Assembly (NCBI GenBank): GCA_046260675.1
Contig: JBHEOT010000006.1
Coordinates: 11,186-75,185, forward strand
Source: Trueperaceae bacterium
GTDB taxonomy: Bacteria > Deinococcota > Deinococci > Deinococcales > Trueperaceae
DNA: 64,000 bases
Direction of reading: 5' to 3'
How positions within the stretch are numbered: position 1 is the first letter of the stretch; each line of letters starts with the position of its first letter. Made by a program: the position numbers and the translations under genes. The notes beneath the pieces were generated by a model, which saw only the letters and a program-made list of their open reading frames with translations, did not search any database and was not told the DNA's origin. Shown here piece after piece: positions 27,031-37,042 of the stretch.

Positions 27031-29665
27031 CAAACGCCTCGGCGCCGTCCTCCTCGAGCGCGGGTACGTCAGCGACGAGTCTCTGCAGCAGGCGATCGGG
27101 CGCCACACCGAGGTCGGCGGCCGCCTCGCCGACGTCCTCGTGCAGATCGGCGTGATCTCGGAGCAGCGCATCGCACGCGCGGTCGAGGAATCGATCGGCA
27201 TCCCGCTCGTGATGCTTCCCCGCGTCGACGTGATGCCGGACGCGCTCGCCAAGGTCGACGGCGACACCGCGTACGAGGTCGGCGCGCTACCGTTCGCGAT
27301 CGACGGCAACCGCCTGCGGGTCGCGTTCGAGGACCCGTTGGACGCGCTCGCGATCGAGGAGATCGAGGACGCCTCCGGCTGCGTCGTCGAGCCGTACCAG
27401 GCGCTGCGGAGCGAGCTGCAATGGGCGCTGGCGACGTACTACCCCGAGCTCGGGCTCACGCCACCCAGCGATTTCCAGGTCGACACCAGCCAGCGCCTCG
27501 GCGCACTGGCCGTCGAGCGCGGGTTGCTGAGCGAAGACGAGCTCGCCGAGGCGGTCGCGGAGCAGCAGCGCACCGGCGGGGTGCTGGGGCGCATCCTCGT
27601 GCGGCGGGGCCACCTCGACGACGACACCCTGGTGCGGCTCCTCGCCGAGCAGCTCGGGCTCCCGTTCGAGCCCAGTCTGGTCGGCGTGCCCTTCGACGAG
27701 GCGTTGGCGAGCCATCTGCTGCGCCTCGACGCGGTGCAGTTCAACGCGGTACCGCTGCGGATGGATGGCGAGACGCTGGTCGTCGCGGTCGCCGATCCGC
27801 GGCGCATCGCCGACGTCGAGGCCATCGTGCCGATCGCGACGGCGTTCGTCGCAGCCTCCGAGGCTCAGGTCCAGCAGCGCATCGAGGCGATGTACGCCCA
27901 CGACAAGGGGCGGCTCGGCGAGCAGCTGCTCGTGTCCAAGAAGCTCAAGCGCGAGCAGCTGCGCAAGGCGCTCGAGGAGCAAGCGAAGCTCGGGAAGGTC
28001 AAACCGCTCGGCGAGATCCTCGTCGACCTCGGCTACGTCACGCAACTCGACGTCGACGATGCGCTCAACAAGCAGCGCTCCGGGGGCGGTCGACTCGAGG
28101 ACACGCTGGTGCAATCGGGCAAGATCTCGCCCGAGATGCTGGCGCGCAGCCTGGCGATGCAGCTCGGGTACGAATACGTCGAGGAGAACACGGTCAAGGT
28201 CGACCCGATGGTGGTGACGCTGGTGCCCGAAGCGACCGTGCGCCGCTACCAGGCGATGCCGGTGCGCACCGAGGGCAACGTCCTGGTCGTCGCCATGAAG
28301 GACCCGCGCCACGTGTTCGCGCTGGACGACATCCGGCTGATCACCGGCAAGGAGATCCAGCCGGCGGTCGCCACCGAAGAGAGCCTGACGCGCCTGATCA
28401 ACCGCTTCTACCGCGACGGCGCCGACATGGACGAGCTCGCCCGGGCGGTCATGGAGGAGGTCGGCGGTCAGCAGCAAGCCGAGGAGGACACCAGCTCGAT
28501 CGACGACAACGCGCTGGTGAAGGTGGTCAACAGCATCATCCGCGAAGCTCTGCTGAACGACATCTCGGACATCCACATCGAACCGCGCCCGGACAAGGTG
28601 ATCGTTCGGGTTCGAAAAGACGGTAGCTTGCGCGAGTACATGACCATGCCCAAGGCGACCGCGGGCGCGATGGCGGCGCGCATCAAGATCATGGGCGGGC
28701 TGAACATCGCTGAACGGCGCATGCCGCAGGACGGCCGCGTGCGCTTCAAGGACAAATCGGTCGAGGTCGACCTGCGCCTGTCGACGCTGCCGACCGTGTA
28801 CGGCGAGAAGGCCGTCATGCGCCTGCTCAAGAAGGCGAGTTCGATCCCCGAGATCGAGCAGCTCGGCTTCGCGGAGCACAACTACCAGCGCTTCACCGAC
28901 GTGATCCAGAAGCCGTACGGCATGTTCCTGATCACCGGCCCCACCGGCTCGGGCAAGTCGTTCACCACGTTCTCGATCCTCAAGCGCGTCGCCACACCGG
29001 ACAAGAACGTGTCGACGGTCGAGGACCCGGTCGAGTACGAGATCCCCGGGATCAACCAGACGCAGGTGAACGTCAAGGCCGGTCTCGATTTCGCCCGCGC
29101 GCTGCGCGCCTTCCTGCGCCAGGACCCCGACATCATCATGGTCGGCGAGATCCGCGACCACGAGACCGCCAAGATCTCGATGGAAGCGGCGCTCACGGGC
29201 CACCTGCTCATCGCCACCCTGCACACGAACGACGCCGCGGGCGCGGTGGTGCGCCTGACGGAGATGGGCATCGAACCCTTCAACGTCTCGGCGTCGCTGA
29301 TCGGCGTGCTCGCGCAGCGCCTCGTGCGCAAGGTGTGCAAGGACTGCCGGGTCGAGTACACCCCCGAGCCCGACGTGCTGCGCCGGCTCGGCATCCTGTC
29401 GGACGAGGTCAAGGGGAAGAAGCTCTTCCGCGGGGTCGGTTGTGAAAAATGCGGCGGCAGCGGCTACAACGGCCGCTACGCTATCCACGAGTTGCTCACC
29501 GTCGACGACGAACTCTCCACCGCGATCGTGAAGGAAGAGTCGGCGCTGGAGATCAAGGAGATCGCCATGCGCAACGGCATGCGCACGCTGCGCGACGACG
29601 GCGTGCTCAAGGCCTTCGAGGGCATCACCACCCTCGAAGAAGTACTGGCCAAGACCGCCGAATGA
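27008..29665 (+). CDS. pilB: type IV pilus assembly ATPase, PilF-type PilB with three N-terminal GSPII/MshEN-like modules
   Basis: Three T2SSE_N-like repeats, Walker A GPTGSGKSFT, Walker B IIMVGEIRD, His box ATLHTND and a tetracysteine CKDC...CEKCGGSG. GGAGG lies 5 nt before ATG 27008. Confidence 0.92.
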   Translation: MAVLSIGDKRLGAVLLERGYVSDESLQQAIGRHTEVGGRLADVLVQIGVISEQRIARAVEESIGIPLVMLPRVDVMPDALAKVDGDTAYEVGALPFAIDGNRLRVAFEDPLDALAIEEIEDASGCVVEPYQALRSELQWALATYYPELGLTPPSDFQVDTSQRLGALAVERGLLSEDELAEAVAEQQRTGGVLGRILVRRGHLDDDTLVRLLAEQLGLPFEPSLVGVPFDEALASHLLRLDAVQFNAVPLRMDGETLVVAVADPRRIADVEAIVPIATAFVAASEAQVQQRIEAMYAHDKGRLGEQLLVSKKLKREQLRKALEEQAKLGKVKPLGEILVDLGYVTQLDVDDALNKQRSGGGRLEDTLVQSGKISPEMLARSLAMQLGYEYVEENTVKVDPMVVTLVPEATVRRYQAMPVRTEGNVLVVAMKDPRHVFALDDIRLITGKEIQPAVATEESLTRLINRFYRDGADMDELARAVMEEVGGQQQAEEDTSSIDDNALVKVVNSIIREALLNDISDIHIEPRPDKVIVRVRKDGSLREYMTMPKATAGAMAARIKIMGGLNIAERRMPQDGRVRFKDKSVEVDLRLSTLPTVYGEKAVMRLLKKASSIPEIEQLGFAEHNYQRFTDVIQKPYGMFLITGPTGSGKSFTTFSILKRVATPDKNVSTVEDPVEYEIPGINQTQVNVKAGLDFARALRAFLRQDPDIIMVGEIRDHETAKISMEAALTGHLLIATLHTNDAAGAVVRLTEMGIEPFNVSASLIGVLAQRLVRKVCKDCRVEYTPEPDVLRRLGILSDEVKGKKLFRGVGCEKCGGSGYNGRYAIHELLTVDDELSTAIVKEESALEIKEIAMRNGMRTLRDDGVLKAFEGITTLEEVLAKTAE

Positions 29666-29693
29666 GCACCCCTGCTCCAGAGAGGAAGCCCTG

Positions 29694-30917
29694 ATGGCCG
29701 ACCAGATCCGCGCGACTCAAACCCAGGTCGACATCGTCGACCTCCTCAAGATGGCCGTCGAGCGAGGCGCCTCGGACCTCATCCTCACCGTCGGACTGCC
29801 CCCGATGATCAAGATCCACGGCGAGTGGCGCCCCACCGAGTACGACCCGCTGACCCCGAACGTCACCCGCCGGCTCATGTACTCGATGATGGACGAGAAG
29901 AAGCAGCGCAACTTCGAGGAGCGCAAGGACCTCGACTTCTCGTTCAGCCTCTCGGGCCACGGCCGCTTCCGCGTGAACTGCTTCCAGCAGCGCAACTCCG
30001 TCGGCGGCGTGCTGCGGACGATCTCCGAGGAAGTGCTCACCTTCGATCAGCTGGGGTGCCCCTCCGAGCTCGCGGAGATCGCGAAGCTGCCGCGCGGCCT
30101 GGTGCTCGTCACCGGCCCGACCGGTTCCGGCAAGTCCACGACGCTCGCGACGATGGTCGACATGATCAACCGCGAATCGCAGAAGCACATCGTGACCGTC
30201 GAGGACCCGATCGAGTTCTTCCACCAGCACAAGCGCTCGATCGTCAACCAGCGCGAGATCGGCGAGGACACCCGCGACTTCCACGCCGCCCTGCGCTCCG
30301 TGCTGCGGCAGGCGCCCGACGTGATCCTGGTCGGCGAGATGCGCGACCACGAGACGATCGGCGCGGCGGTGACCGCCGCCGAGACCGGCCACCTGGTCAT
30401 GGGCACGCTGCACACCAACTCGGCGCCCGAGGCCATCGACCGCATCATCGACGTCTTCCCCGAGGCGCAGCAGGAGCAGGTGCGGGTGCAGCTCGCCAAC
30501 AACCTGCAGGCGATCTTCACGCAGCAGCTCATCCCCAAGGCTTCGGGCGACGGCCGCGTGTTGGCCTACGAGCTCCTGATGGCGACGCCCGCCGTGCGCA
30601 ACCAGATCCGCGAGGGCAAGACGCACCAGATCCTCTCGTCGATCCAGACCGGTGGCCAGATCGGCATGATCACCATGGACGCCTGCCTGGCCGAACTGCA
30701 CCTCAAGCGGCTCATCAGCTTCGAGGTGGGGCTGGCGCGCTCCGTCGACGCCAAGGAGTTCGAGCGGCTGGTCGGATCGGGCGGCCTGAAGGCCACCGGC
30801 GAGGCGAGCCGCGGCGGCACGGCCCCGGCACCGACGCGGCCTGCGGGACCGAGCGGTCCCAGCGGCGGCTTCGGACGCCCGGGCGGTGGTTCGCCGGTCG
30901 GTCGCGGAGGACGCTGA
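29694..30917 (+). CDS. pilT: twitching-motility ATPase PilT with a Gly/Pro/Arg-rich C-terminal tail
   Basis: ASDLILTVG, Walker A GPTGSGKSTT, ILVGEMRD and GHLVMGTLHTNSA motifs. Confidence 0.93.
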   Translation: MADQIRATQTQVDIVDLLKMAVERGASDLILTVGLPPMIKIHGEWRPTEYDPLTPNVTRRLMYSMMDEKKQRNFEERKDLDFSFSLSGHGRFRVNCFQQRNSVGGVLRTISEEVLTFDQLGCPSELAEIAKLPRGLVLVTGPTGSGKSTTLATMVDMINRESQKHIVTVEDPIEFFHQHKRSIVNQREIGEDTRDFHAALRSVLRQAPDVILVGEMRDHETIGAAVTAAETGHLVMGTLHTNSAPEAIDRIIDVFPEAQQEQVRVQLANNLQAIFTQQLIPKASGDGRVLAYELLMATPAVRNQIREGKTHQILSSIQTGGQIGMITMDACLAELHLKRLISFEVGLARSVDAKEFERLVGSGGLKATGEASRGGTAPAPTRPAGPSGPSGGFGRPGGGSPVGRGGR

Positions 30918-30923
30918 ACGACG

Positions 30924-30967
30924 GCGCACCGTTCTACCGATCGCGCGCGATCGGTAGAACGGTGCGC
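30924..30967 (+). terminator. 44-nt perfect palindrome (22-bp stem) after pilT
   Basis: GGCGCACCGTTCTACCGATCGCG | CGCGATCGGTAGAACGGTGCGCC, starting 7 nt after the pilT stop. Confidence 0.6.
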
Positions 30968-30993
30968 GATCGGTAGGTCGCGGCGTGGGCGCG

Positions 30994-31023
30994 TTGACTT
31001 TGGCGCGCCTGCTTCCGTACGCT
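30994..31023 (+). promoter_or_regulatory. sigma70-type promoter for the leu leader (TTGACT-18 nt-TACGCT)
   Basis: Hexamers at 30994-30999 and 31018-31023. Confidence 0.5.
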
Positions 31024-31153
31024 CAGCAGCATGCAAGCTCGACCGCGCGTCCGCCGGCGCCTGCGCGCCATCCAACGACGCCGGACCCTGCCGCTACCGG
31101 GTCCGGGGGAACGCGCCGCCACGACGCCGTCCTGACGGCGCTCGTCCGCCCTG

Positions 31154-31198
31154 CGCGCCCCCCGATCGCCGACCGATCGGGGGGCGCGTTCGATTACG
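31154..31198 (+). terminator. terminator-like 15-bp hairpin in the leuC 5' leader (candidate attenuator)
   Basis: CGCGCCCCCCGATCG-ccgac-CGATCGGGGGGCGCG followed by TTCGATT, 36 nt before the leuC ATG. Confidence 0.5.
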
Positions 31199-31223
31199 CC
31201 ACCACACGAGGAGCCATCGCCGC

Positions 31224-32651
31224 ATGAACCAACCCCGCCACCTGTTCGACAAGGTTTGGGACGCCCACACCGTGGGCACCCTCGAGAACGGCCAGACGCA
31301 GCTGCTCATCGGCACCCACCTGATCCACGAGGTCACGAGCCCGCAAGCCTTCGGGATGCTCGACGACCTCGGGCTCTCGGTGCGGATGCCCCACCGCACC
31401 TTCGCCACGGTGGACCACATCGTGCCGACCGACCGGCGCAGCGAGCCCTTCGACGACCCGCTCGCCGACGCCATGATCAAGGCGCTCGCGCGGAACTGCG
31501 CGCGCCACGGCGTCACCTACTTCGACCTCGAGTCGGGCCACCAAGGCATCGTCCACATGGTGGGCCCCGAGCAGGGCATCACCCAACCGGGCACGACGAT
31601 CGCCTGCGGCGACTCGCACACCAGCACCCACGGCGCCTTCGGCGCGATCGCCTTCGGGATCGGCACCAGCCAGGTGCGCGACGTGCTCGCCACCCAGACG
31701 ATCGCGATGACCAGGCCCAAGGTGCGCCGCATCGAGGTGAACGGCGAGCTCGGCCCCGGCGTGTACGCCAAGGACGTGATCTTGCACATCATCCGCACGC
31801 TCGGGGTGAACGGCGGGATCGGCTTCGCGTACGAGTACGCCGGCGACGTGTTCGACCGCATGACCATGGAGGAGCGGATGACGGTCTGCAACATGTCGAT
31901 CGAGGGGGGCGCCCGCTGCGGCTACGTCAACCCCGACGCGACCACCTTCGCGTACCTCGAGGGGCGCCCGTACGCACCCACGGGCGCGGCGTGGGACGCC
32001 GCCGTGGCTGCTTGGCGCGCGACCGCGAGCGATCCCGGCTGCGCGTACGACGACGTGGTCGTGATCGACGCCGCCGTCATCCCACCGACGGTCACGTGGG
32101 GCATCAACCCCGGGCAGGCGATCGCCGTCGACGAAACGATCCCGCACCCCGACCGGGTGCCGCCGGGGCAGCGCGCCTCGGTCCTCGAGGCGCTCGCCCA
32201 CATGCAGCTCGACGGCGGCGCGCCGATCGCCGGCACCAAGGTCGACGTGGCCTTCTTGGGGTCCTGCACCAACGGCCGCTTGAGCGATTTCCGCGAGGCC
32301 GCCGCGGTGCTGCGCGGACGGACCGTCGCGCCCGGGGTCCACGCCATCGCGGTGCCCGGCTCGACCCTGGTCAAGGAGGCGTGCGAGCGCGAAGGCATCG
32401 ACCGGGTGTTCATGGACGCCGGCTTCGAGTGGCGCGCCGCCGGCTGTTCGATGTGCCTCGCGATGAACCCCGATCAGCTCGTCGGCGACCAGCTCTGCGC
32501 CAGCTCGAGCAACCGCAACTTCAAGGGGCGGCAGGGTTCGGTCACGGGGCGCACGGTCCTGATGAGCCCGGTGATGGTCGTCGCCGCGGCGGTCACCGGC
32601 TCGGTCGCGGACGCCCGCACCGTCTTCGGCGCGGAAGCGGCGGTGGCCTGA
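31224..32651 (+). CDS. leuC: 3-isopropylmalate dehydratase large subunit
   Basis: [29 protein letters not shown] and CSMCLAMN motifs. GAGGAG SD. Confidence 0.96.
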   Translation: MNQPRHLFDKVWDAHTVGTLENGQTQLLIGTHLIHEVTSPQAFGMLDDLGLSVRMPHRTFATVDHIVPTDRRSEPFDDPLADAMIKALARNCARHGVTYFDLESGHQGIVHMVGPEQGITQPGTTIACGDSHTSTHGAFGAIAFGIGTSQVRDVLATQTIAMTRPKVRRIEVNGELGPGVYAKDVILHIIRTLGVNGGIGFAYEYAGDVFDRMTMEERMTVCNMSIEGGARCGYVNPDATTFAYLEGRPYAPTGAAWDAAVAAWRATASDPGCAYDDVVVIDAAVIPPTVTWGINPGQAIAVDETIPHPDRVPPGQRASVLEALAHMQLDGGAPIAGTKVDVAFLGSCTNGRLSDFREAAAVLRGRTVAPGVHAIAVPGSTLVKEACEREGIDRVFMDAGFEWRAAGCSMCLAMNPDQLVGDQLCASSSNRNFKGRQGSVTGRTVLMSPVMVVAAAVTGSVADARTVFGAEAAVA

Positions 32652-32652
32652 C

Positions 32653-33264
32653 ATGGCGCTCGAACCCATCACCTTCGTTCTCGGCCGCGGCGTCGTCGTC
32701 CCCGGCGACGACATCGACACGGACCGCATCATCCCCGCGCGCTACATGAAGGTCGTCACGTTCGACGGCCTCGGCGACTTCCTGTTCCGAGACGTCCGCC
32801 AGGGCAGCGACGGTCGCGCCCTCGGCCACCCGCTCGACGCCCCGGAGCGGCAGGGGGCGACGGTGCTCGTGAGCGGTCGCAACTTCGGCTGCGGCAGCTC
32901 CCGCGAGCACGCACCGCAAGCCGTCGTGCGCGCGGGCTTCCAGGCGGTGATCGCCGGCTCGTTCGCCGAGATCTTCTTCGGCAACGCCACGACGCTCGGG
33001 CTCGTGTGCCTCGCGCTCGGCGACGACGACCTGGCGGCGGTGTCGGCCGCCGTCGACGCCGACCCCACCGCGGAGCTCGCGCTCGACGTCGCGGCCGAGA
33101 CCGTGAGCGTCGCCGGCCGCACCTATCAGGGGCAGCTCCCGGCCACCGCCCGCGAGGTGCTGGTCGCCGGCCGCTACGACCCGCTCGCCGAGCTCCTCGC
33201 CCACGACGCGGCGATCGCCGCGACCGCCGCTCGGCTTCCGTACGTCCAGGAGCCGGCCGCATGA
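32653..33264 (+). CDS. leuD: 3-isopropylmalate dehydratase small subunit
   Basis: DTDRIIPARY and NFGCGSSREHAP motifs. Confidence 0.94.
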   Translation: MALEPITFVLGRGVVVPGDDIDTDRIIPARYMKVVTFDGLGDFLFRDVRQGSDGRALGHPLDAPERQGATVLVSGRNFGCGSSREHAPQAVVRAGFQAVIAGSFAEIFFGNATTLGLVCLALGDDDLAAVSAAVDADPTAELALDVAAETVSVAGRTYQGQLPATAREVLVAGRYDPLAELLAHDAAIAATAARLPYVQEPAA

Positions 33265-34364
33265 GACACCACCGCATCGCGGTCCTCAAGGGCGACTTCA
33301 TCGGTCCGGAGGTCGTCGACGCCACCATCACGGTGCTCGAGGCGCTCGCCCCGCGCGCGGGTCTGGCGTTCGAATGGGACCCGCTGCCGTTCGGCGGTGG
33401 CGCCCTCGACGCGTACGGGAGCCCGCTCCCCGACGCCACCAAGGCGGGGGTGGCGGCGGCCGAGGCGGTGCTGATGGGCTCGGCCGGCGGACCGGTCGGC
33501 GACCACCCGTGGAACCGGGTGGCGCGCCCGCTGCGCGTGGAATCGGGCATCCTCGACCTGCGCCGGCACCTGGGCGTCTACGCGAACCTGCGGCCGGTCG
33601 CGGTGTTCGAAGGCCTCGAGCACCTGTCGCCGCTCAAGGAGATCGTCGCGCGCGGCACCGACCTGCTGATCGTGCGCGAGCTGACGGGCGGCATCTACTT
33701 CGGCAAACCTTCGTCGAGCGGCCCCGACCGCGGGGTGTCCACCGACGTCTACGAGCGCTTCGAGGTCGAGCGCATCGCGCGCACCGCGTTCGAGGCCGCG
33801 CGCCTGCGCCGCGGTCGGGTGACGAGCGTCGACAAGGCGAACGTCCTCGACGTGTCGCAGTTCTGGCGCGACGTGGTGGTGGGCGTCCATCAGACGGAGT
33901 TCGCGGACGTCGAGCTCGACCACCTCTACGTCGACAACGCCGCGATGCAGCTCGTGAAGGCGCCCACCAGCTTCGACGTCGTGGTCACGTCCAACCTCTT
34001 CGGCGACATCCTCTCCGACCTGGCGGCGGTGCTCCCGGGTTCGCTCGGCGTGCTCCCGTCGGCGAGCCTCGGCGGCGACGTCGGGCTCTACGAGCCGGTG
34101 CACGGCAGCGCCCCCGACATCGCGGGCCAGGGCTTGGCGAACCCCACGGGCACGCTTCTGTCGGCGGCGATGATGCTGCGCTTCTCGCTCGCGGCCCCGG
34201 CCGCCGCCGACGCGCTCGAAGCGGCCGTCAAGGGGGCGCTCGCCGACGACCCGACCCGCGACCTGGGCGGCACCCGCGGCACCGCCGCGTTCACCGCCGC
34301 GGTGATCGAGCGCCTCCCCGCGCGCATCGAGCACCCGGCCGACCCGACCGTCGCGCGCGCTTGA
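33261..34364 (+). CDS. leuB: 3-isopropylmalate dehydrogenase
   Basis: [23 protein letters not shown] and NLFGDILSD motifs. ATGA overlap with leuD. Confidence 0.95.
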   Translation: MRHHRIAVLKGDFIGPEVVDATITVLEALAPRAGLAFEWDPLPFGGGALDAYGSPLPDATKAGVAAAEAVLMGSAGGPVGDHPWNRVARPLRVESGILDLRRHLGVYANLRPVAVFEGLEHLSPLKEIVARGTDLLIVRELTGGIYFGKPSSSGPDRGVSTDVYERFEVERIARTAFEAARLRRGRVTSVDKANVLDVSQFWRDVVVGVHQTEFADVELDHLYVDNAAMQLVKAPTSFDVVVTSNLFGDILSDLAAVLPGSLGVLPSASLGGDVGLYEPVHGSAPDIAGQGLANPTGTLLSAAMMLRFSLAAPAAADALEAAVKGALADDPTRDLGGTRGTAAFTAAVIERLPARIEHPADPTVARA

Positions 34365-34371
34365 GCTCCCC

Positions 34372-34416
34372 CGGCGGTGCGCCCGGCCCCGGCCGGGCGC
34401 GCCGCCGAAGTTTCGG
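34372..34416 (+). terminator. 17-bp GC hairpin plus T-containing tail after leuB
   Basis: CGGCGGTGCGCCCGGCC-cc-GGCCGGGCGCGCCGCCG (one G-U pair), followed by AAGTTTCGG. Confidence 0.55.
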
Positions 34417-34476
34417 AGGCCGTACCCGAGCGCGAGGCGCGCCACGGGTACGATGCCCGCACACCTCGGAGGTCCC

Positions 34477-36162
34477 ATGCCCGACGCTCAGCCCCGCAAC
34501 CGCCGCAGCGCCACCGTGACCCAGGGCGACCAGCGCGCGCCCAACCGCGCCATGCTGCGCGCCGTCGGCTTCACCGACGCCGACTTCGACAAGCCGATCG
34601 TGGCCATCGCGAACGGCCACAGCACGATCACGCCCTGCAACTCGGGCCTCGGCGCGCTCACCGACGCGGCCGACGCGGCCGTGCGGCGCGCGGGCGGCAT
34701 GCCGCAGACCTTCGGCACCATCACGATCAGCGACGGCATCTCGATGGGCACCGAGGGGATGAAGTGCTCGCTCGTGTCGCGCGAGGTCATCGCCGACAGC
34801 ATCGAGACCGTCGTGCGCGGCCAGTCGATGGACGGGCTGCTGGCGATCGGCGGCTGCGACAAGAACATGCCGGGCGCCATGATCGGCATCGCGCGTCTGA
34901 ACGTGCCCGCGGTGTTCGTGTACGGCGGCACCATCAAGCCGGGCCACCATGACGGCGAGGACCTGACGATCGTCTCCGTGTTCGAGGCGGTCGGGCAGTA
35001 CGCCGCCGGGCGCATCCCGCTCGATACCTTCCGGGCGATCGAACGGAACGCGTGCCCCGGCGCCGGCTCCTGCGGTGGGATGTACACCGCCAACACGATG
35101 TCGTCGGCCATCGAAGCGCTCGGCCTCTCGCTCCCCTACTCCAGCACCATGGCCGCCGAGGACGACGAGAAGCGCGTCAGCACCGAAGCGAGCGCCGAGG
35201 CGCTGCTGCGCGCCGTCGCGGACGGCGTCCGCCCGCGCGACCTGCTCACCCGCGCGGCGTTCGAGAACGCGATCGCGGTGGTGATGGCGGTGGGGGGTTC
35301 GACGAACGCCGTCCTGCACTTGCTTGCGATCGCGCGCGCCGCCGAAGTGCCGCTGACGATCGACGACTTCGAGCAGGTCCGCAAGCGGGTGCCGGTCCTG
35401 TGCAACCTCAAGCCCTCGGGCCGCTACGTCGCGACCGACCTGCACCGGGTAGGCGGCATCCCGCTGGTGATGAAGATGCTGCTCGAGGCCGGGCTGCTCG
35501 ACGGTGAGTGCCGCACGATCACCGGCAGGACCGTCGCCGAGAACCTCGCCGACGTCGCCGCGACGCCGCCCGCAGGGCAGGACGTCGTGCGCCCCTTCGA
35601 CCGCCCGATCTACGCCGAGGGGCACCTGGCGATCCTGCGGGGCAACCTCGCACCCGACGGCGCCGTGGCCAAGACCTCGGGTCTCAAGCAGACCAAGATC
35701 ACCGGCCCCGCGCGCATCTTCGAGTCCGAAGAGGACGCGATGGCCGCGATCCTCGACGACCGCGTCCAAGCCGGCGACGTCGTCGTCATCCGCTACGAGG
35801 GACCCGTCGGCGGCCCCGGTATGCGGGAGATGCTCTCCCCCACGAGCGCGATCATCGGCAAGGGGCTCGGCGACTCGGTCGCGCTGATCACCGACGGTCG
35901 CTTCTCGGGCGGCACGTACGGCCTGGTCGTGGGCCATGTCGCCCCTGAGGCGGCGGTCGGCGGCCCGATCGGACTGCTCGTCGAGGGCGACCAAGTGACC
36001 ATCGACGCCGAGCACAACCTGCTCGCCGTCGACCTCTCCGACGCCGAACTGGCGCAGCGGCGCGCCAGCTGGACCGCCCCCGAGCCGCGCTACCTCGTCG
36101 GCGTGCTCGCCAAGTACGCCAAGCTCGTCGGCAGCGCCGCCGAAGGGGCCGTCACCGGATAA
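34477..36162 (+). CDS. ilvD: dihydroxy-acid dehydratase
   Basis: [30 protein letters not shown] and GRFSGGTYG motifs. GGAGG SD before ATG 34477; ATG 34453 is in frame upstream. Confidence 0.95.
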   Translation: MPDAQPRNRRSATVTQGDQRAPNRAMLRAVGFTDADFDKPIVAIANGHSTITPCNSGLGALTDAADAAVRRAGGMPQTFGTITISDGISMGTEGMKCSLVSREVIADSIETVVRGQSMDGLLAIGGCDKNMPGAMIGIARLNVPAVFVYGGTIKPGHHDGEDLTIVSVFEAVGQYAAGRIPLDTFRAIERNACPGAGSCGGMYTANTMSSAIEALGLSLPYSSTMAAEDDEKRVSTEASAEALLRAVADGVRPRDLLTRAAFENAIAVVMAVGGSTNAVLHLLAIARAAEVPLTIDDFEQVRKRVPVLCNLKPSGRYVATDLHRVGGIPLVMKMLLEAGLLDGECRTITGRTVAENLADVAATPPAGQDVVRPFDRPIYAEGHLAILRGNLAPDGAVAKTSGLKQTKITGPARIFESEEDAMAAILDDRVQAGDVVVIRYEGPVGGPGMREMLSPTSAIIGKGLGDSVALITDGRFSGGTYGLVVGHVAPEAAVGGPIGLLVEGDQVTIDAEHNLLAVDLSDAELAQRRASWTAPEPRYLVGVLAKYAKLVGSAAEGAVTG

Positions 36163-36164
36163 CG

Positions 36165-36210
36165 CGCGTTTGGGTGAGCGCGCGCTTTCGCGCGCGCTCA
36201 CCCAAACGCA
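36165..36210 (+). terminator. 20-bp hairpin immediately after ilvD
   Basis: GCGTTTGGGTGAGCGCGCGC-tttc-GCGCGCGCTCACCCAAACGC. No clear U-tract. Confidence 0.55.
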
Positions 36211-36289
36211 TTGCGGTTGCGCGCTTCACGAGCAACCGAGCCCACCGCGGGGGCCAGGTGCCCGGCGGCCCGGCGATAGAATCGGCACC

Positions 36290-37042
36290 ATGGCACCGCT
36301 CAAGGTCACCATCTGGAACGAGTACCTGCACGAGCTCGAGCACGACAGCGTCGCCGCCATCTACCCCGACGGCATCCACGGCGCGCTGCGAGCAGCGATG
36401 CTCGAGCGCTACCCCGACGCGCTCGTGCGCACCGCAACCCTGCGGCAGCCCGATCACGGGCTCTCCGACGAGCTGCTGGACGACACCGACGTGCTGTTTT
36501 GGTGGGGCCACAAGGCGCACGCCGAGGTCGCCGACGCCTGGGCCGACAAGGTGCACCAGGCGGTGCTGGGCGGCATGGGGCTGGTCGTGCTCCACTCCGG
36601 TCACTTCTCGAAGCCGTTCAAGCGCGTGCTGGGCAGCAACGCCTCGCTCCTGTGGCGTGAGGCGGACGAGAAGGAGCGGCTGTGGAACCTGCAGCCTTCG
36701 CACCCGATCCTCGAGGGCGTGCCCGCGTTCTTCGAGCTCGAGCAAGAGGAGATGTACGGCGAGCGCTTCGACGTCCCCACGCCGGACGAACTGCTCATGA
36801 TCAGCTGGTTCCAGGGGGGCGAGGTGTTCCGTAGCCTCTGCACCTGGCGCCGCGGGCACGGCCAGGTGGTCTACTTCCGGCCCGGCCACGAGACCTACCC
36901 GACGTACCACCACCCGCTCGTGCGCCGCATCGTCACGAACGCAGCGGCCTGGGCGGCGCGGCGCGTCGTGCAGCCGACCGACACCTGCACCCGAAGCGTC
37001 GAGCTCGAACCGGTCCCGAACCCCGCCAAGGAGCACATTTGA
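36290..37042 (+). CDS. ThuA-domain (trehalose-utilisation-like) protein
   Basis: VTIWNEY, VLFWWGH and LVVLHSGHFSKPF motifs. TAGAAT lies 7 nt upstream of the ATG. Confidence 0.8.
   Translation: MAPLKVTIWNEYLHELEHDSVAAIYPDGIHGALRAAMLERYPDALVRTATLRQPDHGLSDELLDDTDVLFWWGHKAHAEVADAWADKVHQAVLGGMGLVVLHSGHFSKPFKRVLGSNASLLWREADEKERLWNLQPSHPILEGVPAFFELEQEEMYGERFDVPTPDELLMISWFQGGEVFRSLCTWRRGHGQVVYFRPGHETYPTYHHPLVRRIVTNAAAWAARRVVQPTDTCTRSVELEPVPNPAKEHI

Noticed and set aside
31030-31223. T-box riboswitch in the leuC leader.
   Set aside because: I could not find the conserved T-box core (AGGGUGGNACCGCG-like) or a specifier-loop arrangement.
30985-31227. 80-aa ORF ending in an ATGA overlap with leuC, with Leu at 4 of its first 10 residues. 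It looked like a coupled upstream gene or a Leu-rich leader.
   Set aside because: GC3 is only about 76% by hand count, against roughly 90% in neighbouring genes. It also runs straight through the predicted promoter and the 15-bp terminator-like hairpin. I treat the region as non-coding leader, apart from the possible 34-codon ORF noted in the findings.
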